64,000 nt of DNA, taken from NCBI GenBank assembly GCA_963796275.1, contig CAWCKY010000006.1, positions 2,112,001-2,176,000 on the forward strand, read 5' to 3'. This DNA is from an uncultured Acidobacteriota bacterium. GTDB taxonomy: Bacteria > Acidobacteriota > Blastocatellia > RBC074. Position numbers and translations under genes: made by a program. The number at the start of each line of letters is the position of its first letter. The stretch's first letter is position 1. Of this stretch, positions 11,701 to 21,338 are shown piece after piece. Under the pieces are notes generated by a model. It made no database searches. It was not told where the DNA came from and saw only the letters and a program-made list of their open reading frames with translations.

Positions 11701-12551
11701 TTTCAATTGCCTTGATGGGCGCGGGCGGCAAGATGGGTTGCCGCATCACCGACAGGTTGAAGGATTCGGAATACCGGATGTTTTACGTAGAAGTCGGCGG
11801 GGTTGGAATTGCGAATTTGGCCGAGCGTGGAATTGCGCCCACGCCGCAGGATCAGGCGCTGGTCAAGGCCGACGCAGTGATCCTCGCTCTGCCCGACAAC
11901 CTGATCGAACACATCTCTGCCGAGATCGTGCCTAAGCTGAAGGGCGGCGCGCTGGTCATTTGCCTCGATCCCGCCGCACCGCTGGCGGGCAAAGTGCGAC
12001 ACCGCGACGACCTGGCTTACTTCGTCACACATCCGTGTCACCCCTCCGTCTTCAACTATGATGCGACGCCCGAGGAGCGCCGCGATTTCTTCGGCGGCAT
12101 TGCGGCAAAGCAGAACATCGTGTGCGCGCTGATGCTCGGCGACGAAGACGATTATGTGCGTGGCGAGGAGATCGCGAAGAAGATGTACTCACCCGTCATC
12201 AGATCGCACCGCGTGACGGTTGAGCAGATGGCGATCCTCGAACCGGCGTTATCGGAGACGACGGCGCAGACCTGTTTGCAGGTCGTGCGAGAAGCGATGG
12301 ACGAGGCGATCCGGCGCGGCGTGCCAGCCGAAGCTGCGCGCGACTTCATCCTCGGACACATCAACATCCAACTGGCGATCTTCTTCGGCGAATTGAACAT
12401 TCAATTTTCAGACGGGGCGAAGAAGGCTATGGCGCGTGCCCGCGACCAGATCATCAAACCGGATTGGAAAAGAGTCTTCGAGCCTGAGAACATCCGCGAG
12501 TGTCTGGAAGCGATCACCCGCTCACCTCAATCATCGAAAGGAGATCAATAA
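11697..12551 (+). CDS. apnO: D-apionate oxidoisomerase-like protein
   Basis: IALMGAGGKMG, LDPAAPLAG, THPCHP, EQMAILEPALSET, ARDFILGH match the ApnO family; ATGA overlap. Confidence 0.82.
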   Translation: MISIALMGAGGKMGCRITDRLKDSEYRMFYVEVGGVGIANLAERGIAPTPQDQALVKADAVILALPDNLIEHISAEIVPKLKGGALVICLDPAAPLAGKVRHRDDLAYFVTHPCHPSVFNYDATPEERRDFFGGIAAKQNIVCALMLGDEDDYVRGEEIAKKMYSPVIRSHRVTVEQMAILEPALSETTAQTCLQVVREAMDEAIRRGVPAEAARDFILGHINIQLAIFFGELNIQFSDGAKKAMARARDQIIKPDWKRVFEPENIRECLEAITRSPQSSKGDQ

Positions 12552-13565
12552 ATGAACCGCCTGATCATAACCGCGGCGGGGCTCGTCATTGCCGCTATCT
12601 TCTCGTCCTGCAATTCCGCGCCGTCAGGACCGAAGCAGATTACCGTCGGCGTCTCGTTCGAGACTTTGCAGACCGAATATTGGGTTGCGGGGTTCGAGGC
12701 GATTAAGTCCGAGCTCAAAGAACGCAACATTCAGGTGCTCGAAGCCATCGCCGACGGGGACGCCAACCGTCAGCTCGAACAGATCAACAACTTCATCGTG
12801 CGCAAGGTTGACGGCATCATCGCCGTGCCCAAAGACGCGAAGACGATCATCCCGATGATCAAGGCGGCCAATGCCGCCAACATCCCGATCGTGCTCTACA
12901 ACCGCCCCGCCGACCAGACCGAGGCGAAGTCGGTCGCCGTAGTTGCCGACAACTACGCGATCACGAAGGCAACTGTCGAATATATGTGCGAGCAGGCGAA
13001 GCGGTCGAGCAAGAGGTACAAGGCCGCTATCCTGATCGGCGATCTCGGCGACATCAATGCAGTCGGGCGGCGCGACGGGTTTGAGAACGCAGTGAAAGCC
13101 TACGGGGACGTAATTGAAGTCGTCGCGCGCATCCCGACGGAATGGAATGGCGAGAAGGCGCGCGCCGGCGTAACCAACGCGCTGCAAGCCAATCCCGACA
13201 TCAACTTCATCTTCACCTCGTCGGACTTCATGCTGCCGCCGATCATCCAGGCGCTCAAAGAAGCGGGCAAATACAAGAAGATCGGCGAGGAAGGACACGT
13301 CCTGCTAGGCGGTTTCGACGGCGACGCTACCGCGTACCAGATGCTCGTTGACGGCTACCTCGACGCCGATGGCGTGCAGGACGTCTATTTCGAGAGCGAG
13401 GCGGCGGTGCAGGCGGTGCTGGACATGAGTGCCGGCAAAGAGGTGCCTGCGAAAATACTCGACCAGGGCTTTGTGATTCATCAAAGCAATTTGAAGGAGA
13501 TGGCTGGCAAGATGTGGGGCGCGCAGGCGAAGAAGCAGGTGGCCGGAAACGCCGGAAACAATTGA
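12552..13565 (+). CDS. Sugar ABC transporter substrate-binding lipoprotein (RbsB-like)
   Basis: Lipobox-like IFSSC; QINNFIVRKVDGII, IPIVLYNR, GGFDGD periplasmic-binding motifs. Confidence 0.9.
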   Translation: MNRLIITAAGLVIAAIFSSCNSAPSGPKQITVGVSFETLQTEYWVAGFEAIKSELKERNIQVLEAIADGDANRQLEQINNFIVRKVDGIIAVPKDAKTIIPMIKAANAANIPIVLYNRPADQTEAKSVAVVADNYAITKATVEYMCEQAKRSSKRYKAAILIGDLGDINAVGRRDGFENAVKAYGDVIEVVARIPTEWNGEKARAGVTNALQANPDINFIFTSSDFMLPPIIQALKEAGKYKKIGEEGHVLLGGFDGDATAYQMLVDGYLDADGVQDVYFESEAAVQAVLDMSAGKEVPAKILDQGFVIHQSNLKEMAGKMWGAQAKKQVAGNAGNN

Positions 13566-14587
13566 TGGAAGATTCCGCGAAACAACGACGAGATGGTTGG
13601 GCGTTCGTCTTTGAAGCAAAGGGGATGCGCAATCCGTTTGTGTCCGAATTATCCGTCTTCTACCTGGCGATTCTTTACTTTCTAGCGCTCACGCCGTTCA
13701 CGCCCGGGCTAGCCTCGGCGGAGAACGCGGCCAACATCTTTTCGAATCTGCTGCCGCTGCTTATTGTCGCCCTCGGACAGACGGTTGTGCTGATCGCCGG
13801 CGGGATCGATCTGTCTGTGACTTCAACTATCGCTCTGTCGAGCGTGATTGGCGCGATGGTGATGAGCGGCGACCAGGGCTGGATGGGAGGAAGCCGCTGG
13901 GCGACGCCTGCGGCTATCGTCGCGATGCTGCTGGCGGGCGCCGTGATCGGGTTACTCAATGGAGCGGCGATCACGCTTCTCCGAATGCCGGCGTTCATCG
14001 TCACGCTGACGACGATGATGTTCGCAAGCGGGCTGGCCGTCTGGCTGACGAAATCGAAGACGATCTACAACCTACCGCCGACATTTAATGCCATCGGGAA
14101 AGGCTCGTTCTTCATCGTCCCGTACGCGTTCGTCGTAGCGACGCTCGTCGCACTGTCTTTGCATGTTGCGCTGAGGCAGACACTGTTCGGGAGGTGGCTT
14201 TACGCGATCGGGCACAACGCAAAAGCGGCGGAGGTTTCCGGCGTGCCGGTCGGGCGGACAACCCGGTTGGCATACGTCATCAGTGGTCTGTGCGCGGCGG
14301 TGACTTCGATTCTCTACACCGGACGAATAGAGACCGGTTCGCCAATCTTGGGGCAGCGCATTCTGCTGGACGTGATCGGCGCGGCTGTCATCGGCGGGAC
14401 GTCGTTGTTCGGCGGCAAGGGCAAAGTCATCTGGACGGTCTCAGGCGTGCTCTTCATCACACTGATTGACAACAGCCTGAACATGCTCGGTCTCTCGTAC
14501 TTTTTCATCATGATGGTCAAGGGCGCGGTGATCCTGCTGGCTGCGCTGCTCGATGCGTGGAGGAACCGATTGCTCGCGGGGCGTTAA
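13565..14587 (+). CDS. Sugar ABC transporter permease (RbsC-like)
   Basis: GGIDLSV, PAFIVTL, FGRWLYAIGHN, AAVIGGTSLFGGKG; TGATG coupling to the binding-protein gene. Confidence 0.92.
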   Translation: MEDSAKQRRDGWAFVFEAKGMRNPFVSELSVFYLAILYFLALTPFTPGLASAENAANIFSNLLPLLIVALGQTVVLIAGGIDLSVTSTIALSSVIGAMVMSGDQGWMGGSRWATPAAIVAMLLAGAVIGLLNGAAITLLRMPAFIVTLTTMMFASGLAVWLTKSKTIYNLPPTFNAIGKGSFFIVPYAFVVATLVALSLHVALRQTLFGRWLYAIGHNAKAAEVSGVPVGRTTRLAYVISGLCAAVTSILYTGRIETGSPILGQRILLDVIGAAVIGGTSLFGGKGKVIWTVSGVLFITLIDNSLNMLGLSYFFIMMVKGAVILLAALLDAWRNRLLAGR

Positions 14588-14640
14588 GCCGTGGGGCGGG
14601 ATTGCATCTGATGCCGCTGGTGAATTCGTTTTGGACAGCA

Positions 14641-14726
14641 AATCAGTACCGCGAGCGGTAGCGAGCGTGGCTCTCGCAAAGGATTTACGCCGGAAGTCAC
14701 GCTCGCTACCGCTCGCGGTACTGATT
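14641..14726. repeat. REP/REPIN-like palindrome: 29-bp perfect inverted repeat with 28-nt loop
   Basis: AATCAGTACCGCGAGCGGTAGCGAGCGTG at 14641-14669 and its exact reverse complement at 14698-14726. Confidence 0.85.
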
Positions 14727-14770
14727 CGTATCGCATCTCGCCCTATCTCAATAAGCGATTCGACAAGGTC

Positions 14771-16315
14771 ATGGGCGGAACGATCCTCGAATACGATAAG
14801 ATCGAAAAGAGTTTCTTTGGTGTGCGTGTGCTGCGCGGCGTGAGTTTCACCCTCGCGGAAGGCCACATTCTCGGACTGGTGGGAGAGAACGGCGCAGGCA
14901 AATCCACGCTGATGAACATTCTCGGCGGAGTGATCCCGCTCGATGCTGGGCGAATGCTGCTGGGCGGAGAAGAGTATTCACCCCGCGCCGGCCCCGCGGA
15001 GGCGCGCGCACGTGGCGTCGCCTTCATCCATCAGGAATTGAATTTGTTCACGAATCTGAGCGTCGCCGAGAACATCTTCATCACCGATTTTCCAAAGCAT
15101 CGGAAGTGGCTGATCAATCGCCGCGAAATGAAGGCCAGAACTCGGTCGCTCCTGGAATCGCTCGACCTGAGCGTCGCGCCGGAGGCGTTGGTCGAAAATC
15201 TCTCGCCCGGCGAACGACAACTGGTCGAGATCGCCAAGGCAATGAGCAGTTCGCCGAAGATCATCATCCTCGACGAGCCGACGACTTCGCTCACCGCGCG
15301 CGAGACCGAGCGGTTGTTCACGATACTTGAACGGCTACGGGCGCAGGGCGTCTCGATGATCTATATCTCGCACAACCTCGGCGACGTGCTGCGGGTGTGC
15401 GACGACGTGGTCGTGCTGCGCGACGGCGAGGTAGTCGGGGCGGGACGCAAAAGCGAATTCACGGAGGAGCGGATGATCGCGCTGATGGTCGGGCGGACGC
15501 TCGATCAGCTTTTCCCGGAGCGAGCGGGCGCTGTTTCGCGAGAAATCGCGCTTGAGGTCAACGGTCTCACGCAGACCGGCGTAATCGAAGACATCAGCTT
15601 TCGTTTGCATAAAGGCGAGGTGGTGGGCGTCGCGGGATTGATGGGCGCGGGGCGCACGGAGTTGGCGCGGGTGCTGTTCGGACTTGTGCCCGCGGAGCAC
15701 GGCGAGGTATTTATCGACGGCAAACCGGCGCCGCCCACGCCGCGCGGCAGAATTCAAAGCGGCATGGCCTTCCTCACCGAAGACCGGCGGGCAGAGGGGC
15801 TGATGATGGAGGCGGGCATCGCCGACAACATCGCGCTCGCATCGCTGCCATCATTCCAGCATCAAGGCGTGCGCGCGATCACAGGTTTGCTCAACCAGAC
15901 GGAGATTGCGAGCGCAGTCGGCCGCGTCGCACAAAAGGTGCAAATCAAGGGAGCGTCGAACATGCGCCAGGCGGTGAAGACCTTGAGCGGCGGCAACCAG
16001 CAGAAGGTCGTGCTGTCGCGGTGGCTGCTCGGTAAACCTTCCGTCTTCATCCTCGATGAACCGACGCGCGGGGTTGACGTCGGCGCCAGGTCGGAGATTT
16101 ACCGGATCATCAATGATCTGGCGGCGAAGGGGGCGGGCGTGCTTCTGATCTCTTCGGAGATCGAAGAATTGATCGGCCTCTGCGATCGCATTTTGGTGAT
16201 GGCCTGGGGCAGGATCGCCGACTGCGTCGAGCGCGCCGATTTCGACCGTGAACGGATTTTGCGCTCGGCGCTCGGCAAAGCTGACCAGACAAAAAATTGT
16301 GGGACGGAAATATAG
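14771..16315 (+). CDS. Sugar ABC transporter ATP-binding protein (RbsA-like, two ABC domains)
   Basis: GENGAGKST, ILDEPT, LSGGNQQKV, DEPTRGVDVGA. Confidence 0.95.
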   Translation: MGGTILEYDKIEKSFFGVRVLRGVSFTLAEGHILGLVGENGAGKSTLMNILGGVIPLDAGRMLLGGEEYSPRAGPAEARARGVAFIHQELNLFTNLSVAENIFITDFPKHRKWLINRREMKARTRSLLESLDLSVAPEALVENLSPGERQLVEIAKAMSSSPKIIILDEPTTSLTARETERLFTILERLRAQGVSMIYISHNLGDVLRVCDDVVVLRDGEVVGAGRKSEFTEERMIALMVGRTLDQLFPERAGAVSREIALEVNGLTQTGVIEDISFRLHKGEVVGVAGLMGAGRTELARVLFGLVPAEHGEVFIDGKPAPPTPRGRIQSGMAFLTEDRRAEGLMMEAGIADNIALASLPSFQHQGVRAITGLLNQTEIASAVGRVAQKVQIKGASNMRQAVKTLSGGNQQKVVLSRWLLGKPSVFILDEPTRGVDVGARSEIYRIINDLAAKGAGVLLISSEIEELIGLCDRILVMAWGRIADCVERADFDRERILRSALGKADQTKNCGTEI

Positions 16316-16346
16316 AAATCCGCCATCGTGCGGTATAGAGGGGCTC

Positions 16347-17318
16347 GTGACTAAAGCGCGTGACATCATTGAAATGTTTCTGCTCCCGCGGGCGTCGCTG
16401 ATACTCTTTGCCGCGGTCTTCGCGGCGTTCGGCCTTCTGTCCCCGAAATTCCTCGAGGCGCCGAATCTGGTCAATCTTCTGATCCAGTCATCTTCAATCG
16501 CCATTACCGCCATCGGGATGACGTTCGTGCTGCTGACAGCGGGAATCGATCTTTCAGTCGGTTCGGTCATGTTCATCACGGCGATCGTGGCGGGGAAAAT
16601 GGTTTTGAGCGGGCAGCCGCTCCCATTGGCTATCGCGGTTGTCCTGCTCGCCGGCATCGCCTGTGGCGCGGTCAATGGCCTGCTCGTTACGCGGCTCGCA
16701 ATCCCGGCCTTCATCGTGACGCTGGGTACGCTTTATCTGGGCCGTGGATTCGGGCTGTGGATGACCGAGACGCGGGCAATGAATCTGCCGGAGAACCTGC
16801 TCCAGATCGGAGCGGCGCGCGTCTTCGGGGCGCCGATTCCGATTCTCATATTCCTGGTCGTGTTGGTGGTCGCACACGTCGTGCTGGCCGAGACGCCGTT
16901 CGGACGGCAGATTTACGCGACCGGCAATGACCGCGAGGCTGCCCAAAAGGCGGGGATTAACACAACGCGCATCATTTTTCTGGTATATGTCGTGAGCGGT
17001 GTGTGTGCGGCCATCGGCGGTTTGGTCTCTGTGGCGCAACTTGGCGCGGTCTCGCCGACATTCGGCAATAGCCGAGAGTTCGCGGCGGTGGCGGCAGCGG
17101 TGCTCGGCGGGACGAGCCTGTTCGGAGGAAGGGGTAAAGTCTTTCCCGGCACGGTCCTGGGCGCGATTCTGCTACAGACGGTCGATAACGGACTGGTCAT
17201 CATCAACGCCGACCCGTACCTCTACCCGATGGTATTGAGTTCGATCATATTTCTGGCAGTGCTCACCGACAGTTTGCGTCATGGTTTGTGGCGGAAGCCT
17301 CGCCGTCAGCCTCGGTGA
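16347..17318 (+). CDS. Sugar ABC transporter permease (second RbsC-like); start uncertain
   Basis: AGIDLSVGS, PAFIVTLG, FGRQIYATG, AAVLGGTSLFGGRG; GTG 16347 follows GAGGGG. Confidence 0.9.
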   Translation: MTKARDIIEMFLLPRASLILFAAVFAAFGLLSPKFLEAPNLVNLLIQSSSIAITAIGMTFVLLTAGIDLSVGSVMFITAIVAGKMVLSGQPLPLAIAVVLLAGIACGAVNGLLVTRLAIPAFIVTLGTLYLGRGFGLWMTETRAMNLPENLLQIGAARVFGAPIPILIFLVVLVVAHVVLAETPFGRQIYATGNDREAAQKAGINTTRIIFLVYVVSGVCAAIGGLVSVAQLGAVSPTFGNSREFAAVAAAVLGGTSLFGGRGKVFPGTVLGAILLQTVDNGLVIINADPYLYPMVLSSIIFLAVLTDSLRHGLWRKPRRQPR

Positions 17319-17357
17319 CCAGACTCGGTGAAATGCTGAAAGGAGCTATGCTTCGTT

Positions 17358-19958
17358 ATGGTTCACCTAAACATCCGGCTCTTCAAATTAACGCTTGTTC
17401 TGACCGCGGTCGGGTTGGTCGGAACGGTCGCGACTCATTCGTCAGTTTCCTCTGCAAATGGTACTCAGGCCCCGGCTCTGGCTCCCGCGCAAGAAGGCAT
17501 CGAATTTTTTGAGAAGAAGATTCGGCCGGTACTGACCGACAATTGCTATCAATGTCACAGCGCACAAGCCGGAACGCCGCAAGGTGGGTTGTTGCTCGAT
17601 TCGCGCGAAGCGATGCGCAAAGGCGGCGTTTCGGGTCAGGCCGCAATTATCCCGGGCGATCCGGATAACAGTTTGCTCATCCGCGCTATTCGCTACACCG
17701 ACCCGAATCTGCAGATGCCGCCCGGTGGCAAGCTGCCTGACCGGGTCATCCGGGATTTCGAAGAGTGGGTGAAGATGGGCGCGCCCGATCCGCGCGGCGC
17801 GAACGCTCCGAACGCTATGTGGCAGGCTTATGACTTCGACGAGGCGAAGAAGTTCTGGTCGTTCCAGCCCGTCAAAGACCGCCAGCCGCCACGGGTTGAA
17901 AACGAAGCCTGGGTCAGAACACCGGTTGATCGCTTCATCCGCGCTAAACTGGAAGAGAAAAAATTGAAGCCCGTGGCCGATGCCGACCGCCGCACGCTGA
18001 TTCGCCGCGCGACGTTCGATTTGACCGGCCTGCCGCCGACGCCGCGCGAGATCGATGGCTTCCTGACCGATCAGTCGCCGAACGCTTTTGAGAAAGTGGT
18101 TGACCGACTGCTCGCCTCGTCCGCCTACGGCGAACGTTGGGGCCGTCATTGGCTGGACCTGGTGCGCTATGCCGACACCGCCGGCTGTAATTCTGATTTC
18201 CCCGTGCCGCAGGCTTACAAGTACCGCAACTACGTCATCAGGGCATTCAACGAAGACAAGCCCTACGACGAGTTCATCCGCGAGCAGATCGCCGGCGATC
18301 TGCTGCCGCACAAAGACGAGGCTGACAGATTCGAGAAGATCGTCGCTACCGGCTACATTGCCATCTCGCGTCGCTTCGGGTCGCGTGACACCGATCACAA
18401 CCTGGCGATTGACGATACGATTGACAATGTCGGCAAAGCCTTCCTGGGTTTGACGACAAGCTGCGCGCGCTGCCACGACCACAAGTTCGACCCGATTCCG
18501 ACCAAAGACTATTACGCGCTCTATGGCATCTTCGCCAGCACGCGCTACCCGTTCCCCGGCACCGAGATATACCCGCATCCGCATAGCCTCGTCCCGCTCA
18601 CTAACGGCAATGGATCCGAGCGTCTCGAAAAGTACCAGAAAGAGGCCGGCGAACTTGAATTGAAGAAGGAAGCTTTGCAGGTTGAACGCGGCTACGCGCG
18701 CGGCAGACAGCGACAGAAGGAGACCGGGCCCGAAGTCGTGACTAAAGCGGCGGGCAAGACCGTTAAGACCGATCAGATCGGACGCATCATCGCAATCGGC
18801 AAGCTGATCGAGGAAGACCACGACGACCGCAACCTGAAGATCGCCGAGGCTTCCACACGCACCGTCGAACAGATCGAGGAGGAACTCAAGCTAATCAAGC
18901 TGCGGCTGGCTGAATTGGGTGAAGCTCCAAAGCTCGACAAAGCTTATGCCGTCGCCGAAGGCGCACCTGCCGACGCGCGCATCCATCGCAAAGGCGACAA
19001 CAAGAACCTGGGCGAGATTGCGCCGCGCGGATTCCTGACGATTCTCGGCGGCCAGCATCTGCCCGATGGTTACAAGGGCAGCGGACGGCTTGAATTGGCG
19101 AAATGGCTTAGCAGCGCCGAGAACCCGCTTACCAGCCGCGTGATAGTCAATCGCGTCTGGCTTTATCATTTCGGCAAAGGTCTCGTGCAGACGCCGAACG
19201 ACTGGGGCAAGCGGGGAGCAGCTCCAACTCATGCGGAACTTCTGGATTACCTCGCCGCACGCTTCGTCGCCGGAGGCTGGTCAATCAAGCGTCTGCACCG
19301 CGAGTTGATGCTCTCGCGCGTCTATCAATTGGGCAGCGGCGAGAACGCGGCGAACGCCGGGCTGGACGCGGCCAACAATTACCTCTGGCGCTTCAACCGG
19401 CGCCGGCTCGACGCCGAAGAGATTCGAGACGCTATGCTCGCGGTGAGCGGCGCGCTCGAACAGGACGCCGGCGGCCCGCACCCGTTCCCGCCCGAAAGCC
19501 TCTGGCGCTATAGCCAACACAACCCGTTCGTCGCCGTATACGAGCACAATGGGCGCGGCATTTATCTGATGCAGCAGCGCATCCGCGCGCACCCTCAGCT
19601 TTCAATCTTCGACGGAGCCGACACCAATACTCCCACAGGCGAACGTGTCTTGAGCACCACGCCTTTGCAAGCCCTGTTCATGATGAACAACCCATTTGCG
19701 CATAAACAAGCCGACAACTTGGCGGTCCGCGTGGGACTGGCTTTTGCCGATGACACCAGGCGCATTGATTACGCTTACCGTCTGGCTCTCGGTCGCCCGC
19801 CCACGCCAGCGGAGAGCAAGAGAGGGTTGGAATACTTGCGCGACATCCGCCCCGATCTGACGGCGATTGGGGTCGAGGAAGAGGCGCAGACGCGAGCGGC
19901 TCTGGCGAGCTATTTGCGGGTGTTAGTCAGCAGCAGTGAGTTCATCTTTGTGGATTGA
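17358..19958 (+). CDS. PSCyt1-PSCyt2(DUF1549)-PSD1(DUF1553) planctomycete-type cytochrome c domain protein
   Basis: Signal peptide; FFEKKIRPVL..CYQCH, YGERWGRHWLDLVRYADT, CARCHDHKFDPI, NPLTSRVIVNRVW, RRLDAEEIRD. Confidence 0.93.
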   Translation: MVHLNIRLFKLTLVLTAVGLVGTVATHSSVSSANGTQAPALAPAQEGIEFFEKKIRPVLTDNCYQCHSAQAGTPQGGLLLDSREAMRKGGVSGQAAIIPGDPDNSLLIRAIRYTDPNLQMPPGGKLPDRVIRDFEEWVKMGAPDPRGANAPNAMWQAYDFDEAKKFWSFQPVKDRQPPRVENEAWVRTPVDRFIRAKLEEKKLKPVADADRRTLIRRATFDLTGLPPTPREIDGFLTDQSPNAFEKVVDRLLASSAYGERWGRHWLDLVRYADTAGCNSDFPVPQAYKYRNYVIRAFNEDKPYDEFIREQIAGDLLPHKDEADRFEKIVATGYIAISRRFGSRDTDHNLAIDDTIDNVGKAFLGLTTSCARCHDHKFDPIPTKDYYALYGIFASTRYPFPGTEIYPHPHSLVPLTNGNGSERLEKYQKEAGELELKKEALQVERGYARGRQRQKETGPEVVTKAAGKTVKTDQIGRIIAIGKLIEEDHDDRNLKIAEASTRTVEQIEEELKLIKLRLAELGEAPKLDKAYAVAEGAPADARIHRKGDNKNLGEIAPRGFLTILGGQHLPDGYKGSGRLELAKWLSSAENPLTSRVIVNRVWLYHFGKGLVQTPNDWGKRGAAPTHAELLDYLAARFVAGGWSIKRLHRELMLSRVYQLGSGENAANAGLDAANNYLWRFNRRRLDAEEIRDAMLAVSGALEQDAGGPHPFPPESLWRYSQHNPFVAVYEHNGRGIYLMQQRIRAHPQLSIFDGADTNTPTGERVLSTTPLQALFMMNNPFAHKQADNLAVRVGLAFADDTRRIDYAYRLALGRPPTPAESKRGLEYLRDIRPDLTAIGVEEEAQTRAALASYLRVLVSSSEFIFVD

Positions 19959-19967
19959 GAGGTCTAT

Positions 19968-21326
19968 ATGACGCAGACCAATGTTTCACGTCGTCAAATG
20001 GTGCGCTCGCTTGTGGGCGGCTCGCTCCTGCTACCCGGCATTCTTTCAGAATTGATAGCGCAGGACGCCAACCCGCTTGCGCCGCAGGCACCGCACTTTC
20101 CGGGCAAGGCCAGGCGTGTGATCTTCATGCCGATGTCCGGCGCGGTTTCGCAGATGGACACCTTCGACCCGAAGCCGAAGCTGGTTGAAGCGGCAGAGAA
20201 GAAGGCCTTGGGCGCAAATAACCGCCCGCTGCTCCGACCGCTGTGGGACTTCAAGCCGAACCGTAAATGCGGCACCGAAGTCAGCGACCTCTTCCCGCAC
20301 ATGCGCGATGTGATGGATGAGGTCTGTCTGATCCGCTCGATGAAGTGCGATCACAACGAACATTTCCAGGCGACGCTCGGCGTCCACACCGGCTCAATCA
20401 CCTTCAAGCGTCCCAGCATTGGCTCGTGGGTGAGTTACGGGTTGGGGACTGAGAATCAAAACTTACCTTCGTTCATCGTCCTCGCGCCTTACCTGCCTTA
20501 TGCGGGCGGGCAGGTGTGGAGCTCCGACTTCCTGCCGGCTGTGCATCAGGGCGTGCGCGTCATCCCCGGCGCCGAGCCGATCCAGGATTTAATGCGCCGC
20601 TCGCCATCGGATCACATTCAACAGCGCGAGTTGGGGTTGCTGGCCGACCTCAATCGACAACACCTGATCAATCGTGAGAACGAATCGGTGCTCGCCGCGC
20701 GGATCAAATCCTTCGAGACGGCTTACGGGATGCAGCGCGAGATGCCCGAAGCGCTCGACCTGTCGAAAGAGACCGATGCGACCCTCAAGCTTTATGGATT
20801 GGAGCGCGGGAGCAGTAAGGGATTCGCGTGGCAGTGCCTGGTGGCGCGGCGCCTGGCCGAACGCGGCGTGCGATTCATCGAGCTGATCGATACCGGCTCA
20901 TCGAATAACTGGGACGCGCACGGCAATCTGAAATCTTATGAAGGGCTGGCGCGCAATGTGGATCAGCCGATGGCCGGTTTGTTGAAAGATTTGAAGTCAC
21001 GCGGTCTGCTCGAAGACACATTAGTAGTGTGGACGACCGAGTACGGTCGCACGCCATGGATTGACCAACCGGACGGGCGCGGCCATCATAACTTCGTTTA
21101 TTCATCGTGGATGGCTGGCGGGGGCGTCAAACCCGGGATCGTCTACGGCCGGTCAGATGAATACGGCGACCAGGTGGCCGAAAACGAAGTCCACGTCCAC
21201 GACTTTCATGCGACGATCCTGCATTTGCTCGGCTTCGACCACACGCGGCTGACCTATCGCTACGGCGGGCGCGATTTCCGCCTGACCGACGTTCACGGCA
21301 ACATCGTCAACGGCATTTTGGCCTGA
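19968..21326 (+). CDS. DUF1501 domain protein with twin-arginine leader
   Basis: SRRQMV; SQMDTFDPKP, RPSIGSWVSYGLG.EN.NLP.F, CLVARRLAERGVRF, WDAH, RDFRLTDVHG. Confidence 0.92.
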   Translation: MTQTNVSRRQMVRSLVGGSLLLPGILSELIAQDANPLAPQAPHFPGKARRVIFMPMSGAVSQMDTFDPKPKLVEAAEKKALGANNRPLLRPLWDFKPNRKCGTEVSDLFPHMRDVMDEVCLIRSMKCDHNEHFQATLGVHTGSITFKRPSIGSWVSYGLGTENQNLPSFIVLAPYLPYAGGQVWSSDFLPAVHQGVRVIPGAEPIQDLMRRSPSDHIQQRELGLLADLNRQHLINRENESVLAARIKSFETAYGMQREMPEALDLSKETDATLKLYGLERGSSKGFAWQCLVARRLAERGVRFIELIDTGSSNNWDAHGNLKSYEGLARNVDQPMAGLLKDLKSRGLLEDTLVVWTTEYGRTPWIDQPDGRGHHNFVYSSWMAGGGVKPGIVYGRSDEYGDQVAENEVHVHDFHATILHLLGFDHTRLTYRYGGRDFRLTDVHGNIVNGILA

Positions 21327-21338
21327 AAGGAGCCTCCT

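Noticed and set aside
17442-18821. Long antisense ORFs (also 9043-10080, 35878-36981, 54934-55893, 59631-60596)
   Set aside because: These are expected opposite high-GC genes and show no recognisable motifs.
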